This document shows positions 39,254 to 53,500 of a stretch of DNA of 64,000 nucleotides, one piece after another. The notes under the pieces are model-generated. The model ran no database searches and was not told the DNA's origin. It was given only the letters and a program-made list of their open reading frames with translations. A program made the translations under genes and the position numbers. The DNA comes from Cirrosporium novae-zelandiae (lineage: Eukaryota): NCBI GenBank assembly GCA_026023565.1, contig JAPETS010000017.1:124001-188000 (forward strand), in the 5' to 3' direction. Every line of letters starts with the position of its first letter. Position 1 is the stretch's first letter.

Positions 39254-40433
39254 AATTTTTTTTGATCCTTTCTTGGGTAATTTTGAAATTTTTGGAGTTT
39301 ATGTTCGAATTTTTAGGATGTTTGATACCATTATTATTTTTATATGACCTGGTGAACCATTAGATTCCGTTAGCATTTTTCACAAGGAATGCCCTTTTTT
39401 TTTAGTAACCTGTTTACTTGAGAAGAGGCAGGGCAGACAATTGGGATGGGATGGATGGATGAATGGGATTCCTGTTGAGAGAAATAAAATAAAAAGCTTG
39501 AGATTTCTGGGACTTGACCTTTTTTCTCTCTCTTTTTTTTGGACTCGGTGTGTCATACAGCGAGTACAGTACCGTACCGTAATCCGTCTAGGACTAGTTG
39601 TTTGAATAGTATAGTACGTATAACTAGAGAGGGAGAGAGAGAGGTCTTATTGTTGTTGCTATATTACATAAATACCTAGGTACATACATACAAAACCCCC
39701 AAAGCTGTTGTTTATATCATCTCTCTACCCTTCTCTACTATCTCTTTTTGATAGATAGGCAGATAGATAGCAATTTTCCATTTCCCCCCTTCTTCTTCTT
39801 CTCATCCCTCATGTTTACTTTAGATACCAACCAACCGATAGATTCATTGTTACCATATATATACCATACCAACTACAATCAGTTACCTACCCACTACCCA
39901 TCTATCTAGTCCAACACTCCATTCCAATACAAATTTAAACTTACTTATTTACTTACTATCCTTCCTTTCTTACCCCCGAGAAAGCCTCCTCTCGCCCCTC
40001 TTCTTTTTCATCTATGTCTTCTTTTCGTTTTTTTTTTTTAAATTAAGCTTATTATCACCACTACCACTTCCTCCTCCTTTAACCGTGTTATATTAACATA
40101 TCAACAGCAAACTTCGACTTCAAATATTCCACCTACCTACCCATCCACCCCCCCGCAAAAAAAAGGGGGGGGAGGGGAAGAGATCGAATTCAGTATACCA
40201 GGACCCGTCTATCTCTCTCCCTATCCCTATCTCTTCCTCATCCTAGCCACCACAACCAAGAACTACAACCTTCTTAGCCATCATCCCTCCCTCCCTACCT
40301 TAGGCTAGGGGGAAAAAAAAAGACTTTCTCTCTATACCCCTTTATCATTATCATTATCTAAATCTAACACCACTAAACGTAGATTTAGACTCAGACTTGG
40401 ACTTAGATATCTCAAATGTTAAGAAATACGGGG

Positions 40434-40469
40434 TTTGGTTTGGTTGGTTGGTTGGTTGGTTGGTTGGTT
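40434..40469. repeat. (TTGG)n microsatellite within a low-complexity AT-rich intergenic region
   Basis: Direct reading. Confidence 0.85.
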
Positions 40470-42131
40470 GAGGGATGGTTATGGTTATGGTGCGTGTATA
40501 TATATATACCTAGGGATATATCCATATAAATCCAATCCACCCCGTTCCCCATCCCTCCCATCTCTACAGGTATTTAAGGTTATTAGCAAAGGATTAAGAA
40601 GACTGATGAATAACTAAAACTAAAACTAAAATATCTCTACTGTAGATATCAGTTGCAGTCTTTGAAGTCAGTTGGGATATAGTAACATCTTATGGGTATG
40701 GATGGGTATGGAATTGTAGGTTCTTTTTTTTAAATAAAGGTTGATAGAAAATGGCTAAGGAAGAAGGCTGCCACTGAAGAGCAAACATTTAGAAGATTAG
40801 AAGGATAATATAGAATAGAACTGAGATTATGGTGATGGTTAATTATACAACACCGCAAAAAATATCATCCGTGGGATTTACCGTGCAAATCAGAGTTATA
40901 AGGATTTTGCATAGACACTGCTGCCTCTGACCGCCCACAAATATCCGCCAAGCGAGCACATACACACCAGCTCCCTCTGAATTAAATATTATAACATTGA
41001 ATCCTGCGAAATTCACATCTTAGCTTCTTTTTGGGGTCTGAATATAATTATTTCCCAGCTCGTTTTCCTGTGACAGTGGATATTTCCGATGGCAGTATAT
41101 TAATCACAAGCCTTTCATTGATGTGTGAATAAACCATAAGTTGAATATTTGTTGATTTTATCACTCTTTCTCTTATTCACTATGTGTCACCGATTGCCAT
41201 TTTCACAGGTTGATTATGCTTGCACCCGTCATTTGTATTCCCTGAGTGTTTCCCCGCAGATTCAGTCTTCGTTGGGTCCAGCAATTGGTTGACTTTGTTC
41301 CTATTTGTACCACTGTTTTATAGTCCATTCCATTCCATGATAATGTGGTAGTTGGTAAGAACTAACGTTCTTGGAGCATTCATGGTTCTAATGTGGGGTA
41401 GGCTTTATGTCGGTTAGGACAAAGGAATGGTGAAATGATGTTAATAATTCATAGGTAATAAACTCGAGATGATAATCTCGATTCACTATTCAGGAAGGGG
41501 GTGTTGATTCATTTGTTTTCAATGGTTGTGAATATGAATGAATGTGAATGCGAATATGAATGTGGGGAATGACAACAAAAGTCCAGCTAGGTCCTACGCC
41601 GTGTAATATTGATTACAATCATTACAGTTATTACAATTATTACGCTTACAATGCTGACTAAATAAAACAGGTTGCGGATGGTCTTGGCATTGGAGATGCC
41701 CGAGGCCCCCATAGAGTGCCTGAATGCTTGCATGGATAGCGGAGAACCTCCTCCACCAAACGGTTTGAGGGCTGTCAGAATGGTATTTTTATGATAGCAA
41801 GACCCAAAATTTTAATATTAACGGTCGCTCGTGACCTTTTACCTTCGAACTTCTTACCATCACACACACGCTCACTAAAATTCCGTCTCGAACTATTTCG
41901 GCGGAAGCATAATCTGCAAAGCTCAGACTCAGACTCAGGCCGCGCAAAGTCAAGCGCTGGGCATTTCCCATCATTCTTTTCTTACACGCCTTGTCATAAT
42001 CCAAACATTATCATCCAAAACTTGAGGAATTGCTGCATCAGGGGGCTATTCCATACAATAGCATTGTTTATAGTCCAAAGCCGAAATCCGTCTTGCTGTC
42101 GCGGGACGATCAGGTCCCCCCTCGTCCGATA

Positions 42132-44385
42132 ATGGATTCCGCACACGCTTCTCAACCTCCCATCTCTCAGCGGAGAGCCTCTACGGCTGATTCAAATAGC
42201 GAGGGCTCTCCGAATTCGAAATCCGTTCCCCAAAACCTTAATATCGACATGTCACGCGTCTCCCGTAGAAAGGCCTCGCCACATCGTGGGCGCCCACGAC
42301 CACTTCCTACACCACGTCGAGTCATTGCCTCACCTTTACCACATCCTCTCTTGACTTCGGCTCCCGCGTCCCCTCCTACGCCAGCCCCCAGTCCAACGCC
42401 CCATCAGCGAGCACCAACTTGGACAACTGCAGGTGAAGAGGAGGATGATTTTTTGAGATACGCCCGAACACACTTCCGCCATTTAGATAGAGAAGAAAGA
42501 GAGCGGTTTCTAGCAGAAGTTTTGAATCTTTGCGACAATCACCAGCTCAGCTTTGTACATCATTTTGTGAGCCCAAGATTGAAAAAGGACCCGTTTCAAG
42601 TTTTTCCGAATGAGCTATGCTTGAGGGTGAGAATTACGCTCCTATATAGCCCCTTATCACCTTTTCTACTGTACTAATATCATTCCTAAAATAGGTACTT
42701 GTATTTGTTGACCATCCAAGGACACTCGCTAGAGCTTCCCAAGTTTCAAGAAGATGGCATGAACTACTAAAGGATGACATGACTTGGAAGATTCAATGCG
42801 AGAAACATGCTTATCGACAAATGTCTGAAGACTCCAGCGACGAAACTAGCCCCCTTTACCCTCCACTACATAATCATCTTAGGCCGTTACCCCTCTTTGC
42901 CAAGCCGAGATCACCAAAACGGAACATCGATTCTCTTCTTCCTGGTCCCTCAAACAGTGCTCCGAATCTCTCTACGACTATTGATGGATCTTCAACTCCT
43001 CCCTTATCGACAAAGTATGCTGTTGACACTGATTTAAGTCCAAGATTGGCTAAAAAGCGAAAACCAAAGACCATGTCCTACAGATCTCATTTTAAGCAAA
43101 GATATTTGGTTGAATTAGCATGGCGAAAAGGAGGGCACTGCAAACTCAAACATATTACTCCCGAGCAGGGCGTAGTGACAAGTCTTCATCTTACTTCTAA
43201 ATATATTGTGGTCGCACTTGATAATGCCAAAATCCACGTTTTCAATACCGATGGGGAACATCAAAAGACATTGCAAGGGCACGTTATGGGTGTGTGGGCA
43301 ATGGTACCTTGGGGAGATACTCTCGTTAGTGGCGGTTGTGATCGAGACGTTCGGGTTTGGGACATGTCAACTGGGTCAGTATATCTGTCCTAATCTTGGA
43401 ACCTTTGCTAATGTATTCCAGTGAGAGCCAGTATGTCCTTCGCGGCCATACCTCAACGGTGCGATGCCTCAAAATGTCCGATGCAAATACTGCCATCTCT
43501 GGATCGAGAGACACGACCTTACGAATATGGGACATCAGGAATGGTACTTGTAAGCATGTTTTAGTTGGCCATCAAGCTAGTGTTAGATGCCTTGCCATCC
43601 ACGGAGATCTTGTCGTATCTGGAAGTTATGATACCACAGCTAGAATATGGAGTATATCGGATGGGCGGTCTATTCGTGTTCTTCAAGGTCATTTCAGTCA
43701 GATCTATGCAATTGCTTTTGATGGTCATAGGATTGCTACCGGGAGTTTGGATACCTCTGTTCGCATATGGGACCCTGAGAGTGGACAATGCCAAGCTATA
43801 TTGCAAGGTCACACTTCATTAGTTGGTCAGCTACAAATGAGAGGCGATACTCTTGTTACCGGGGGATCTGACGGGTCGGTTCGTGTTTGGTCATTGGAGG
43901 ATATGGTTGCTATTCACCGCCTTGCTGCTCATGATAATAGTGTTACCAGTTTGCAGTTCGACGATACAAGAATTGTCAGCGGTGGAAGTGATGGTCGTGT
44001 GAAGATTTGGAGTCTCAGAACGGGTCAATTGATTCGGGAATTGAGCCAACCTGCTGAAGCCGTATGGCGTGTTGCATTTGAGCCAGAGAAAGCTGTCATC
44101 ATGGCAAGCAGGTCAAACAGGACCGTGATGGAGGTAAGTGATTGCCCATCTCCTACAAAGGATCATCGCTAATTGTTGATTTTTAAGGTCTGGTCCTTTG
44201 CACCCCCCCCAGAAGAAAATTTATCGGACTCGGAAGGCTCGGATAGCCCGGTGAGCATGCCGGATCATTTACTACCTGAAGCTTCAAAGCAGCAATCTTT
44301 GCCTATAGATCATGATGGGGATCAACCCATGGTGGATGTGTATGAAGATGTTTCTGCTTCTGCCTCTACTTCCAGAGGCAGATGA
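42132..44385 (+). CDS. F-box and WD40-repeat protein (Cdc4/Sel-10-like SCF substrate receptor); three introns
   Basis: F-box DPFQVFPNELCLRVL…ARASQVSRRWHELL, followed by about seven GH…WD repeats (GHVMGVW, GHTSTVR, GHQASVR, GHFSQIY, GHTSLVG, AHDNSVT). Confidence 0.92.
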
Positions 44386-45019
44386 TAAATGTGCACAGGG
44401 CGTTTTCGGGGTTGCTCATAGCGTTACATTTCCGGGGCCGTGGGTATATGGTGCCTAGGACTGGACTTATTGAAACTTTCACAGGAGCACTTTCTATGTG
44501 ACATATGTGCGATGAAGGCAGTTCTTCCTTCGTGTGACACTACTTCGACCAGATTAGGGTTGGATAGGTAGTAATAGAAATACAATCAATCAATAATACA
44601 TGCATGTATACAATTAAAACTACTAGGAAGCTTTGAGGCATATTTCGTGGGCGCTTAGCTTACTCATGCATTTATTTGGATGACAGATGGATTAATACAA
44701 GCAAACACTGCAAATGTGACATCATCCTTCCTTTCCAACAGCAGGAGCTGACTCTCGGCCTTATTCTACCTAACATTATACTTTCAGATAGACAACATGT
44801 CCGGAATTCGGCTGGATTTGCCAATATCAGACAGGGAACTGGCTTACTGACCTTGACGGTATAAAGACCTGGCTGAAGAATGATTGAAATGTGATATATT
44901 TCACTCGACACCAAGTCTGAAGTTTCTTTGTCTTGATAGCAATAAGGAGCTCCTAATCGAAGCTCTAAGCCTCATAGTAGATTACCAGAAGTTGACAATA
45001 ATAGCCTTATCCTATCGAC

Positions 45020-46190
45020 ATGGCAGTTACCCTTCCAAACAAAACAAAGCCGTCGAAACAAATAGAGCTATTTTCACCCCAATATTTTACGGCTTGTGCT
45101 CTTGGGGGAGTAATTGGTACGATCCTCTCCATGTTAGACGTTAACAGACAAAAGCTGACTCTTGGTTTGCAGCATGTGGTTAGTACATGAACAGGCCTCG
45201 CTCAAAAAGGAATGAGTTTAGGGAATTGAGGTTGATGTTGAAACACCGTAGGCCCTACGCATACATTAGTGACTCCTCTAGATCTGGTAAGTTAGACTCC
45301 ATTCTTCTAGGAATAAATTGAATTCAGCTGAGAACATGGCAGGTTAAATGCCGTCGTCAAGTTGACCCAAAGATCTACCGCTCCAATATATCAGCATGGC
45401 GCACTATCTTCGCCGGGGAAGGCCTCCGGGGTGTCTTTTTCGGTTGGACACCGACCTTTGTCGGTTATTGTTTTCAGGGGGGTGGCAAATATGGATTCTA
45501 TGAGGTCTTCAAGCATTTATATGGCGACAAGTTTTTCCCGAATATGAACAAGACGGTTGTCTACCTAGGTGCCTCTGCTTCCGCCGAGTTCTTGGCAGAT
45601 TTAGCATTGTGTCCTTGGGAAGCTATCAAGGTGCGAATGCAAACAACTCTCCCACCATATGCAAATAATTTGAGAGAAGGGTGGTCAAAAATTGTGACAA
45701 AAGAGGGTTTTGGAGGCCTTTACAAAGGGTTATACCCACTATGGGCACGCCAAATCCCATATACCATGGTCAAGTTTGCAACATTCGAGGAAACAGTCTC
45801 AGCTATTTATAGGACCCTGGGAAAACCAAAAGAGAGTTATAATTCTCTGCAACAAACAGGCGTGTCGTTCCTGGGCGGTTATATTGCCGGTATCGGATGT
45901 GCACTCGTATCTCACCCTGCTGATGTTATGGTTAGCAAGCTAAATGCTGAACGCCAAGGTAAGTTGTATTAGCCTTCGCCTTTGGCTGCTTGAGCCGGCG
46001 CTGATTTTCGATAGCCGGTGAGGGGGCTGGAGCCGCTGTTTCTAGGATCTATAGCAACATCGGATTCAAAGGTCTCTGGAATGGGTTGCCGGTGCGGATA
46101 GTAATGCTGGGTACATTGACAGCCTTTCAGTGGCTCATATATGACTCATTCAAGATTTATCTGGGCTTACCAACCACTGGTGGACATTGA
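45020..46190 (+). CDS. PIC2: Mitochondrial phosphate/copper carrier, Pic2-like; includes a 6-nt micro-exon (45173-45178)
   Basis: Spliced [69 protein letters not shown]; ends GLPTTGGH*. Confidence 0.88.
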
Positions 46191-47436
46191 AACGGATGAT
46201 GTTGACCTATAGAAATGAGAGGCGGTGTTGGCGTGATTTTCTTAGGAGTACATTGTTCTGAGAGTCCTCAAGTTTTAAGTATCATGTGAAGATTACCTTG
46301 AAATTAGTAGCGTACCCATAATTCCACAACAAGTTGACTGCGTGATGCCTTTGTCAAAATCTCGTGAAGGTATTCCTCTCCATAGAATATAGTAAAAATC
46401 ATCGGCAATGATATCATCGGAAAATAACGATCTACCGGCCCGATCATCCGCCGATACTCCGATAAAGCTTGGCAGAGCCTCAACACCAAACTTAGTAAAC
46501 GTAAATTGTGTTCAGATCTGACCTCCTTTCATCACAACATCTCCAGCTCAATAGCTAATCCGGCAGAACCAACCGCAACTTTAGAGAGACCTTTGAAAGT
46601 ACCCACCAAGCATTCTGTAAGCTCATCCTGTAGGTGACGGCTGAAAAACAGACAAGCGGAAGGGGTGCTAGGAAGGCAGAGCCCATACGCGTTTGAAACG
46701 GTAAAGCTCACTGGGCTCGCCGCTTTTATTTATTCGGTATGTTCCGTTAACTCTCCCTTCGATTTGCCTACCGTGTTTGTGTTCATCTAACACCTCATGG
46801 CCACTTTCTGGTCCCCTTGGCTCTCTCAACTTCCCTCACCTACTACCTTCTCTTTCAAGTTGTTCTACCATATTCATTTGAGATCGAATCTCTGTCTATA
46901 CATCATGGACGATTCCAGAGAACTACACTCTCTTAGTTTGTGCCAACCAAGGTTTCATGTGTGGTCAATGTCAAAAACTACACGGAGTCTATGGATAAAA
47001 CTCCGCCCTACTATGACTATTGGGACGAGAAAATCTACCCCGACACTCATGAAAGAGGTTACTTTTATCCTGAGAACACTACACCAATTACCGAATTATT
47101 CAACATTTGTCGACACCAGATGAGCTCATGGATATCTGATAATAATTCCAACAAAGGTCCCTAGAGCTACTAGAGAAACTTGAGCTTGAACGCATTTATA
47201 GAGTATATCTCTATACAAGATGCTATGAAATTTCAAGCCGAGGCTAAAGATGCTAGAACTTCTCCATCCATACAGCTAATTTATCTCTTCTCTTGCAATC
47301 ACTCTCATTAATTAGGCCTTGCAACGCTTTCACACTCTATCAATGCTCTAAATTCTAGGTTTTATGCTAATCAATTCCTCAGGAAATCCAGAGTTCTCTA
47401 AGTGAAGTTTCAATCTATCCATCTAGTCCCCACGAA

Positions 47437-48887
47437 ATGCCTGCCGGTGGTAAGTTCTACGTTCGATATTTCATTGTTTAACCTCAACCATTCTTTCGTC
47501 TTCTTGAATTTGATTCCTTTGTGTGGTCTTGGTGTATAACAAATAGTCGAGTCATTCTTCTCAGATTATGTTGACTAATTTCTACTACGCTTGTTTTCTC
47601 TAACCATTCTTACGAAAGTTCTGCGTACTTGGATGCTGCCACGCATGGGTGACATCCTTCGCTCTCTCCCCTTCCTTATTATGATGGGTTCTTCTTCACT
47701 CTTCAGTTTACCGCAACTTAAACGGTTGTTTGCACGTGGTTATTCATTGCAGCTGTATCAAAGATAGCCTTATAATATACCTTGAACGTTTTATCACCCC
47801 CAAAGCACATTTCCTGCATTAGGTTCCTGGCTATTGGTATCCTTGGCACCCATGCTAACCACTTTTGTGTAGGAAACAACCGTACAGAAGATATAAACAT
47901 GGCTCAAGCACTCTCCGGAGCCCCAAATGCTCCTGGACAGAACCTCGCTCCTTCCGTCGAGCTTGCCTATAAGAAGAAATGTGTCGAGTTGAAACGCCGC
48001 TTAAATGAAATCGAAAAGCACAACGATGAACAACGCCGAAAGAAGATGCAGTTAGACACTGGTATCAGAAAGCTCAAGCTAGAAAGGGCAATCTTGTTGG
48101 ATCATCTTGGCAAAGTTGTCGATTTGAATAAGCAGAGCATTCGTAGCTTGCAACCTAATGGACATCCGCGAGAAGTTGACGAAGGAATGGTAGATCAAGC
48201 CCACAATGTGAGTTTTCTTTCTTCTAACAATCCTGCGAGACTCATCAGTGTCGGTAGCCGAAGGAGAGATCTGGTCGCTCAAAGCGCGGCCATCGTCAGT
48301 CCTCTTTGCCAACTCTACTTCCAACACCTGCGGGTCAAGCTCCTACATTCCAAGTACAGACTCCATCCAACATGATTCCTTCTGCGCAGCACGGCACTCA
48401 GATCACATACAGCGCTAATCCCATGGGGGCTCATTCCACACCGAGCCACATGAACCTTCCTCGCACTACCACTTTTGTTCCGATGTCTACTCATTCTAAC
48501 GCTTTGCATACGCAGCGTCCACCGACTCCCCAAGGTCGTCCTCCTAGACCACCAACTCCTCCAGTCCGTCCTAGACCACCTTTCGAAATCTTTGTACGCT
48601 ACCAGCTAGATGAAATGGTTGAAAACGGCCAACGAGTTCCTCCTGTAGATGAAATTGAACCCATATTCCGCCCGAAATGGTCCCAGTTAAGTCTAGAAGA
48701 ACGACAACCATGGGAACAGAAATATGAAGAGCAGATGGGAGCTTACACTAAAGAGTTGGATGCCTTCAATAAGGCCAGGCGCAGCGGAAGAACCGTTGCC
48801 CAGGAGCTCGAGGATTTGGATATGAAAGAGTCGATTGGCGAAGCTGAGGCGCCAGCTGCTGGAGGGTTTACAGCAGTCAATCGCTAA
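47437..48887 (+). CDS. NHP10: HMG-box protein, Nhp10-like INO80 subunit; probable micro first exon MPAG (47437-47449), introns 47450-47872 and 48208-48257
   Basis: N-terminal coiled coil SVELAYKKKCVELKRRLNEIE…LKLERAILL; HMG box PVRPRPPFEIF…KWSQLSLEERQPWEQKYEE; C-terminal GGFTAVNR. An alternative start is ATG 47899. Confidence 0.75.
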
Positions 48888-50198
48888 GCTTGACTGTCTA
48901 TACCCCGCCTAGAATAAGTTACAGGGATATCATCAGAGGCGTTTTCTACCAAGGTTCGGTTGCGATAGTCGGGTAAAGGTTCCATAACACCTGTACATTA
49001 TACAGTCGAAGGCAACAATTTGCTGGATAAGGGTCTACCATAGCCTATAGGCTACATTGGTAATATTTTGTTATAGGCGTGATTAATTTCAAATTTTCAT
49101 CATACAAGAGAAGCGCTTTCTGCTAGATGGTATATTTCTTCTGCTTTATTTTACTCACTATGAGAGGTGCAGATTCTAGATTCCCCACGAGACACCCGCT
49201 CCATAACATCCCTTTAGGATGTCACCCATTCAAGTTCCCCTCATGCATCAGATAATTCTTTCAATCTCCAAATTCACTTTACTTTGTTCGTTCGTTCACT
49301 CATTCACACTGTTGCATGAAGCAAAAAGGTTCTAGATCTTCTTTTGGTGATTCTGGTAGGGCTATTGTGTAATGAATGTTGGGAGTGAAGTTTTACGTTC
49401 ACCGCTTACCCTTGCAACATAAGTAGCCTGCCCTTTCTTCTCACATTGTTCAATTTCTTTCTTTCTGAATTATCTTCCTATCTCTATATATACTATATCA
49501 AGCTAACAATACTATTTTCCATATAAACGACCGGCCATCGAGTTATATTATCGCAACAAAGCCCTTCGCTTGTTTAACTTATCTCACAAAGAATTCCGAA
49601 CCAGCACGAACTAACATGGCCTCATTCTCAACGAGAAATGTCTGAAAGACCTTGGCTGAAATGTTCTGGCATTAATGGTTTCTTTTATTTTGTGGGGGAA
49701 AGGATATATCAAATCGTGATTAGAATATATGAAGCTCTCGACGGGAAACCCTTTCAGATTGCGAAAAGCTCATTGAACATCAAAAAAGTCAAAAACGGTT
49801 GAACAAAGCGATCCTAACGGATATTCAAAACAAAGTGAGCAAACGTTTTCTGCCACTGTCATCGATAAGCCGAAAAGCCTTTTTCCAAACGAAGTCGTAC
49901 TCATGGCTTATATAGCAGAACCAGGATTTTAAAACAATCCTCACTGAACGCCCAGCCCTCGAAGAAAGTTAAGAAAGCAACTTCTTCTCCATTAGAAAAA
50001 ACAAAAGGATGGAGGTACAATATCGAAACTCGTGAGAGCGATGCCAGCCCTAACCTAGCAAGATGCGGACCCCGTGAAAACATGGGCGTTATGGGATACT
50101 TGATCGCTGTTGCTTCTATTTGGGAGAATGCCATGGCTAATGTCTTTCGCTCTACCCATCGCTCTGCTTCAACTTACCGACAAGAACACGAACGCCAT

Positions 50199-50598
50199 CA
50201 GTGTTGTCAATAAACTAGACCGACTCCCTCGGTCTGGTCGGTCTGGAGACGTCGGTCACCTGATTACACAGGGGTCTTATTGGTCAACAAATGATTATAT
50301 AATATGTAAGAAAAGGGTAGAGTTGCTTGATATTCAAGATGGGGGTGGAGATGGAGGTGAGGGTGGGTGGTACGCGCTTTTCTTTATTTACAGCTAATCT
50401 TGCTAGGTACCTAGGTAATTAGAGAAATCGAAAACCTTCGGCACTCGGGGTTATTAATTCCCCCCACCTTATAATTCGCATTTATATAGACCAAATAGAC
50501 CTTGAGCAATCAAGGTCTGGCCGGTCTATCAAAAAGCTCAGTCTAGTCAGTCTAAGGTCTATAGACCGTCTATTTTGTCTAGTCTATTGATAACACTG
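50199..50598. mobile_element. Non-autonomous DNA transposon (MITE-like), 400 bp, with 22-bp terminal inverted repeats
   Basis: Left end CAGTGTTGTCAATAAACTAGAC vs reverse complement of right end CAGTGTTATCAATAGACTAGAC (20/22). Many internal TAGAC/GTCT subterminal repeats; no coding capacity; no clean TSD. Confidence 0.75.
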
Positions 50599-53500
50599 TA
50601 TTCAAATACATATAATCTTCCCAATTAACCAAAAATTATTGCCATGCTCTTCGTAGCCACTCCTAGGCACCTTATTTTCATTCGAAAGTAAAATGGCTAA
50701 GCAGAGAGGTTGAGACCCTAGTCTTGTTATACACATCCCCATACTATACCAATAAATATCCACACACTAAATCTAATGAATTATAGATGTCCCGCGCCAT
50801 TCCGTACAACGAGTTATGGTCGAACAGAGAGCCAACGGGCTGGGCCGCCCAATTTCACCATCCTCCTCCTCGTCCCTTGTCATATAGTAGCGAGGGACTA
50901 TACACAGGCTTCGCTAACATAGTTGGCGTAAGCCTGTCCGCTAGATATTTGGCCACTATTAGACTAGTACGTTTTCTCTCACTTACATCTGATTTCTTTC
51001 TCTTTTTGTATTGACTTTGCCACTTGGATTATTCTTGGCTGGTACTGGCCCAGTCGAAAGCTCTCAATTTGAAATTCACTCCTCAGTTTTGTCCCGAACA
51101 AACAAATGTTTAGTTAGGTCGGATTTCCTTTATCACAATTCACTTCAATAGAGGTATCTATATGATAATAAAGTAAGCATAACTGAAAGAGTGGAGAAAT
51201 TCTTTTGATATCAAACATTTATAGGAATCAAGGCAGGTAGAATATTCCCGTTCATGCATTTGTGTGAGCTTGCTACGTGTACCGCTATATTATCTTTTGG
51301 TATAATTATGGAGGCCCTTCTTTGGAGATGGATGTCGTAACCTTCCTATAACATCCACATTTGGAATTACAGAGAAGCTGCTCAAACAAGTGTCGTCCCC
51401 ACCGTACCAGCGCCGTATCAGACATACATCTTCAAAACCCCTATTTACTGACAGGAGCAGAAGTCAACTACTACCTCTTCAATTACCCTCCTAATACATC
51501 AACTTAAAATGATCCCAGGAATTTAAAAGACTCGTCACGAATCATAATTGTGAATAATGTGGTGTCAGGGGGGAAAGAGTTGGTCGGTTCACCTAACTAC
51601 GGAAAGCAGAATTTCGCAACCACATCAAATAAAGAGAATCCAGATATGGATTTCGCTAGCGTTTCAGCATTGTGGAGGTCTGCTCATAGAGCATAAGGTA
51701 TCTCATTGCACATCCCCAATAATACCTATTCTAACGATACACATAGCTAGCAACGAAGAGCCTCGATTGATATGGTTTAGCCATACACTGGGAGTATCCA
51801 CATCCTACTTGGTGTCTCCCCTTTCGCTCACAACAAATTACTTGCTGAAAGTTCTCTTAAAGAAAAATACTTTCTGTCATTGTCAAACTATTATAACATA
51901 TGACTCATATCAGATAGCTTCTTCCCCTCCTGCTTAGTGACCTTCCACCACCGCTCGAATAGCATATATATTGGTTCTGCACTGTTGGCTTCCACCCTCT
52001 ACCCTGCGAGGTTTCAGCGTATGTGTTGTGGTGATTGATACGGACGAAATAGCTCTGTGGAAGTTGTTGTACGGCTTGTTATTGGGGAAAAAAAGGGAGG
52101 CGTTGTTCCTTATAAGTTATTTTTTTGGGTTCTTCCTTGCTAATACTTTTATAATCAAATTTTCCGGACTGCCACCCGATGTTCCTATTCCCAACACAAT
52201 CCTACATAATAAACAAAAGTCGAAATGAAAACAGTCCAGTCGTGGGGAGATCATTGATCCCGGGTTGTCGAACTCCTAAAACCTAATCAAGGATAGAATA
52301 GTTCATCTAGATGAAGAGCGAAATGAGGCGGCAGCAACAGTTAAATTAAAGGAAATTAAACTCTTTACATCCACGGAGCCAACAAATAACTTAAAATTAA
52401 CATATGAAATTCTTGAAACCCTTTGATATAGCAATGGGAATCCTTTGAAACTTCCATTCATAGAATTCGAAAAACGTCGATTTCTAAAATTGGAAATATA
52501 TTTCTGGTGGAACAATAGGTGGAAGAGTCGCTATGTACTACAGGGGGGAGATACTATAATCAATAATATGTCTCTAAAAATATGGATATTAGGGTAAGTC
52601 AGATGTACCGACTTTAAGACTCCAGATCGGCAATCGACGAGAGTGCTGGATATGAACTCAGCGCATTTCACCAACTCACTATCAAAGTAGTCCTCTGAAG
52701 AACCAGAGGTGAAGTTATCCTATGCATTCTTATCTGTATTCATTGACAATATTGACGGTAGGCTCGAGATGAGGGCATCAAGCTGTCGTCAGGGGCATCC
52801 ACGCCCTCCGATATACTCGTGACTAATCTGCCTGTTTTCACGGCTCGATCTTTGCTGAAACCAAAATATTATTTCAACTGACCCTTAGGTCGTTCCCTGC
52901 GTTTCAAGTATTCTATCACCATGCTCATAAAATATGGCTTATAGTTCTGAGCTATTTTGTTCATTAGACTGAAGACGATGTATGGCCTGTAGACCACTGT
53001 CAGACAGGCACTTGAAGCCTTGCTAAAATCTTTCCACTTTCACCGTCGCCATCGCTGTACCACCTAACTGAATGTTTACGATCATGGCGTATTGTCCTTA
53101 CCCCGAACCATTGCTTCCACAATTAGGAATTTAAGAAGAATAACTAAGAAGCTGTCTAGGATGTTTGGCTTTGAACAGAGCCCCTCCGCCTTCTTTACTT
53201 GTGAAAAAATAAGAAAACAAGTTTATACGGTCCCGGATAAAAATAATAAATATACCTAATTAACTGATATCCCCCGAAATACTCCCAAATTTCGATTATT
53301 TCTAGCAACGATTGCAGATGGTATTATCCGAGACCAAAAGAAAAGCTTGGTCTGGACTATATTCCCAGCAAATAAATTACTGATATTAGCGATATTAGTC
53401 TCACAAAATTATGGAAATACCTTAAAGATGCTTCAGCTGAACTACAGCTTTGGTGTTTGCTTGCCTTGTCAGATACTTGACGAGCAATCTCTCAACAAAC

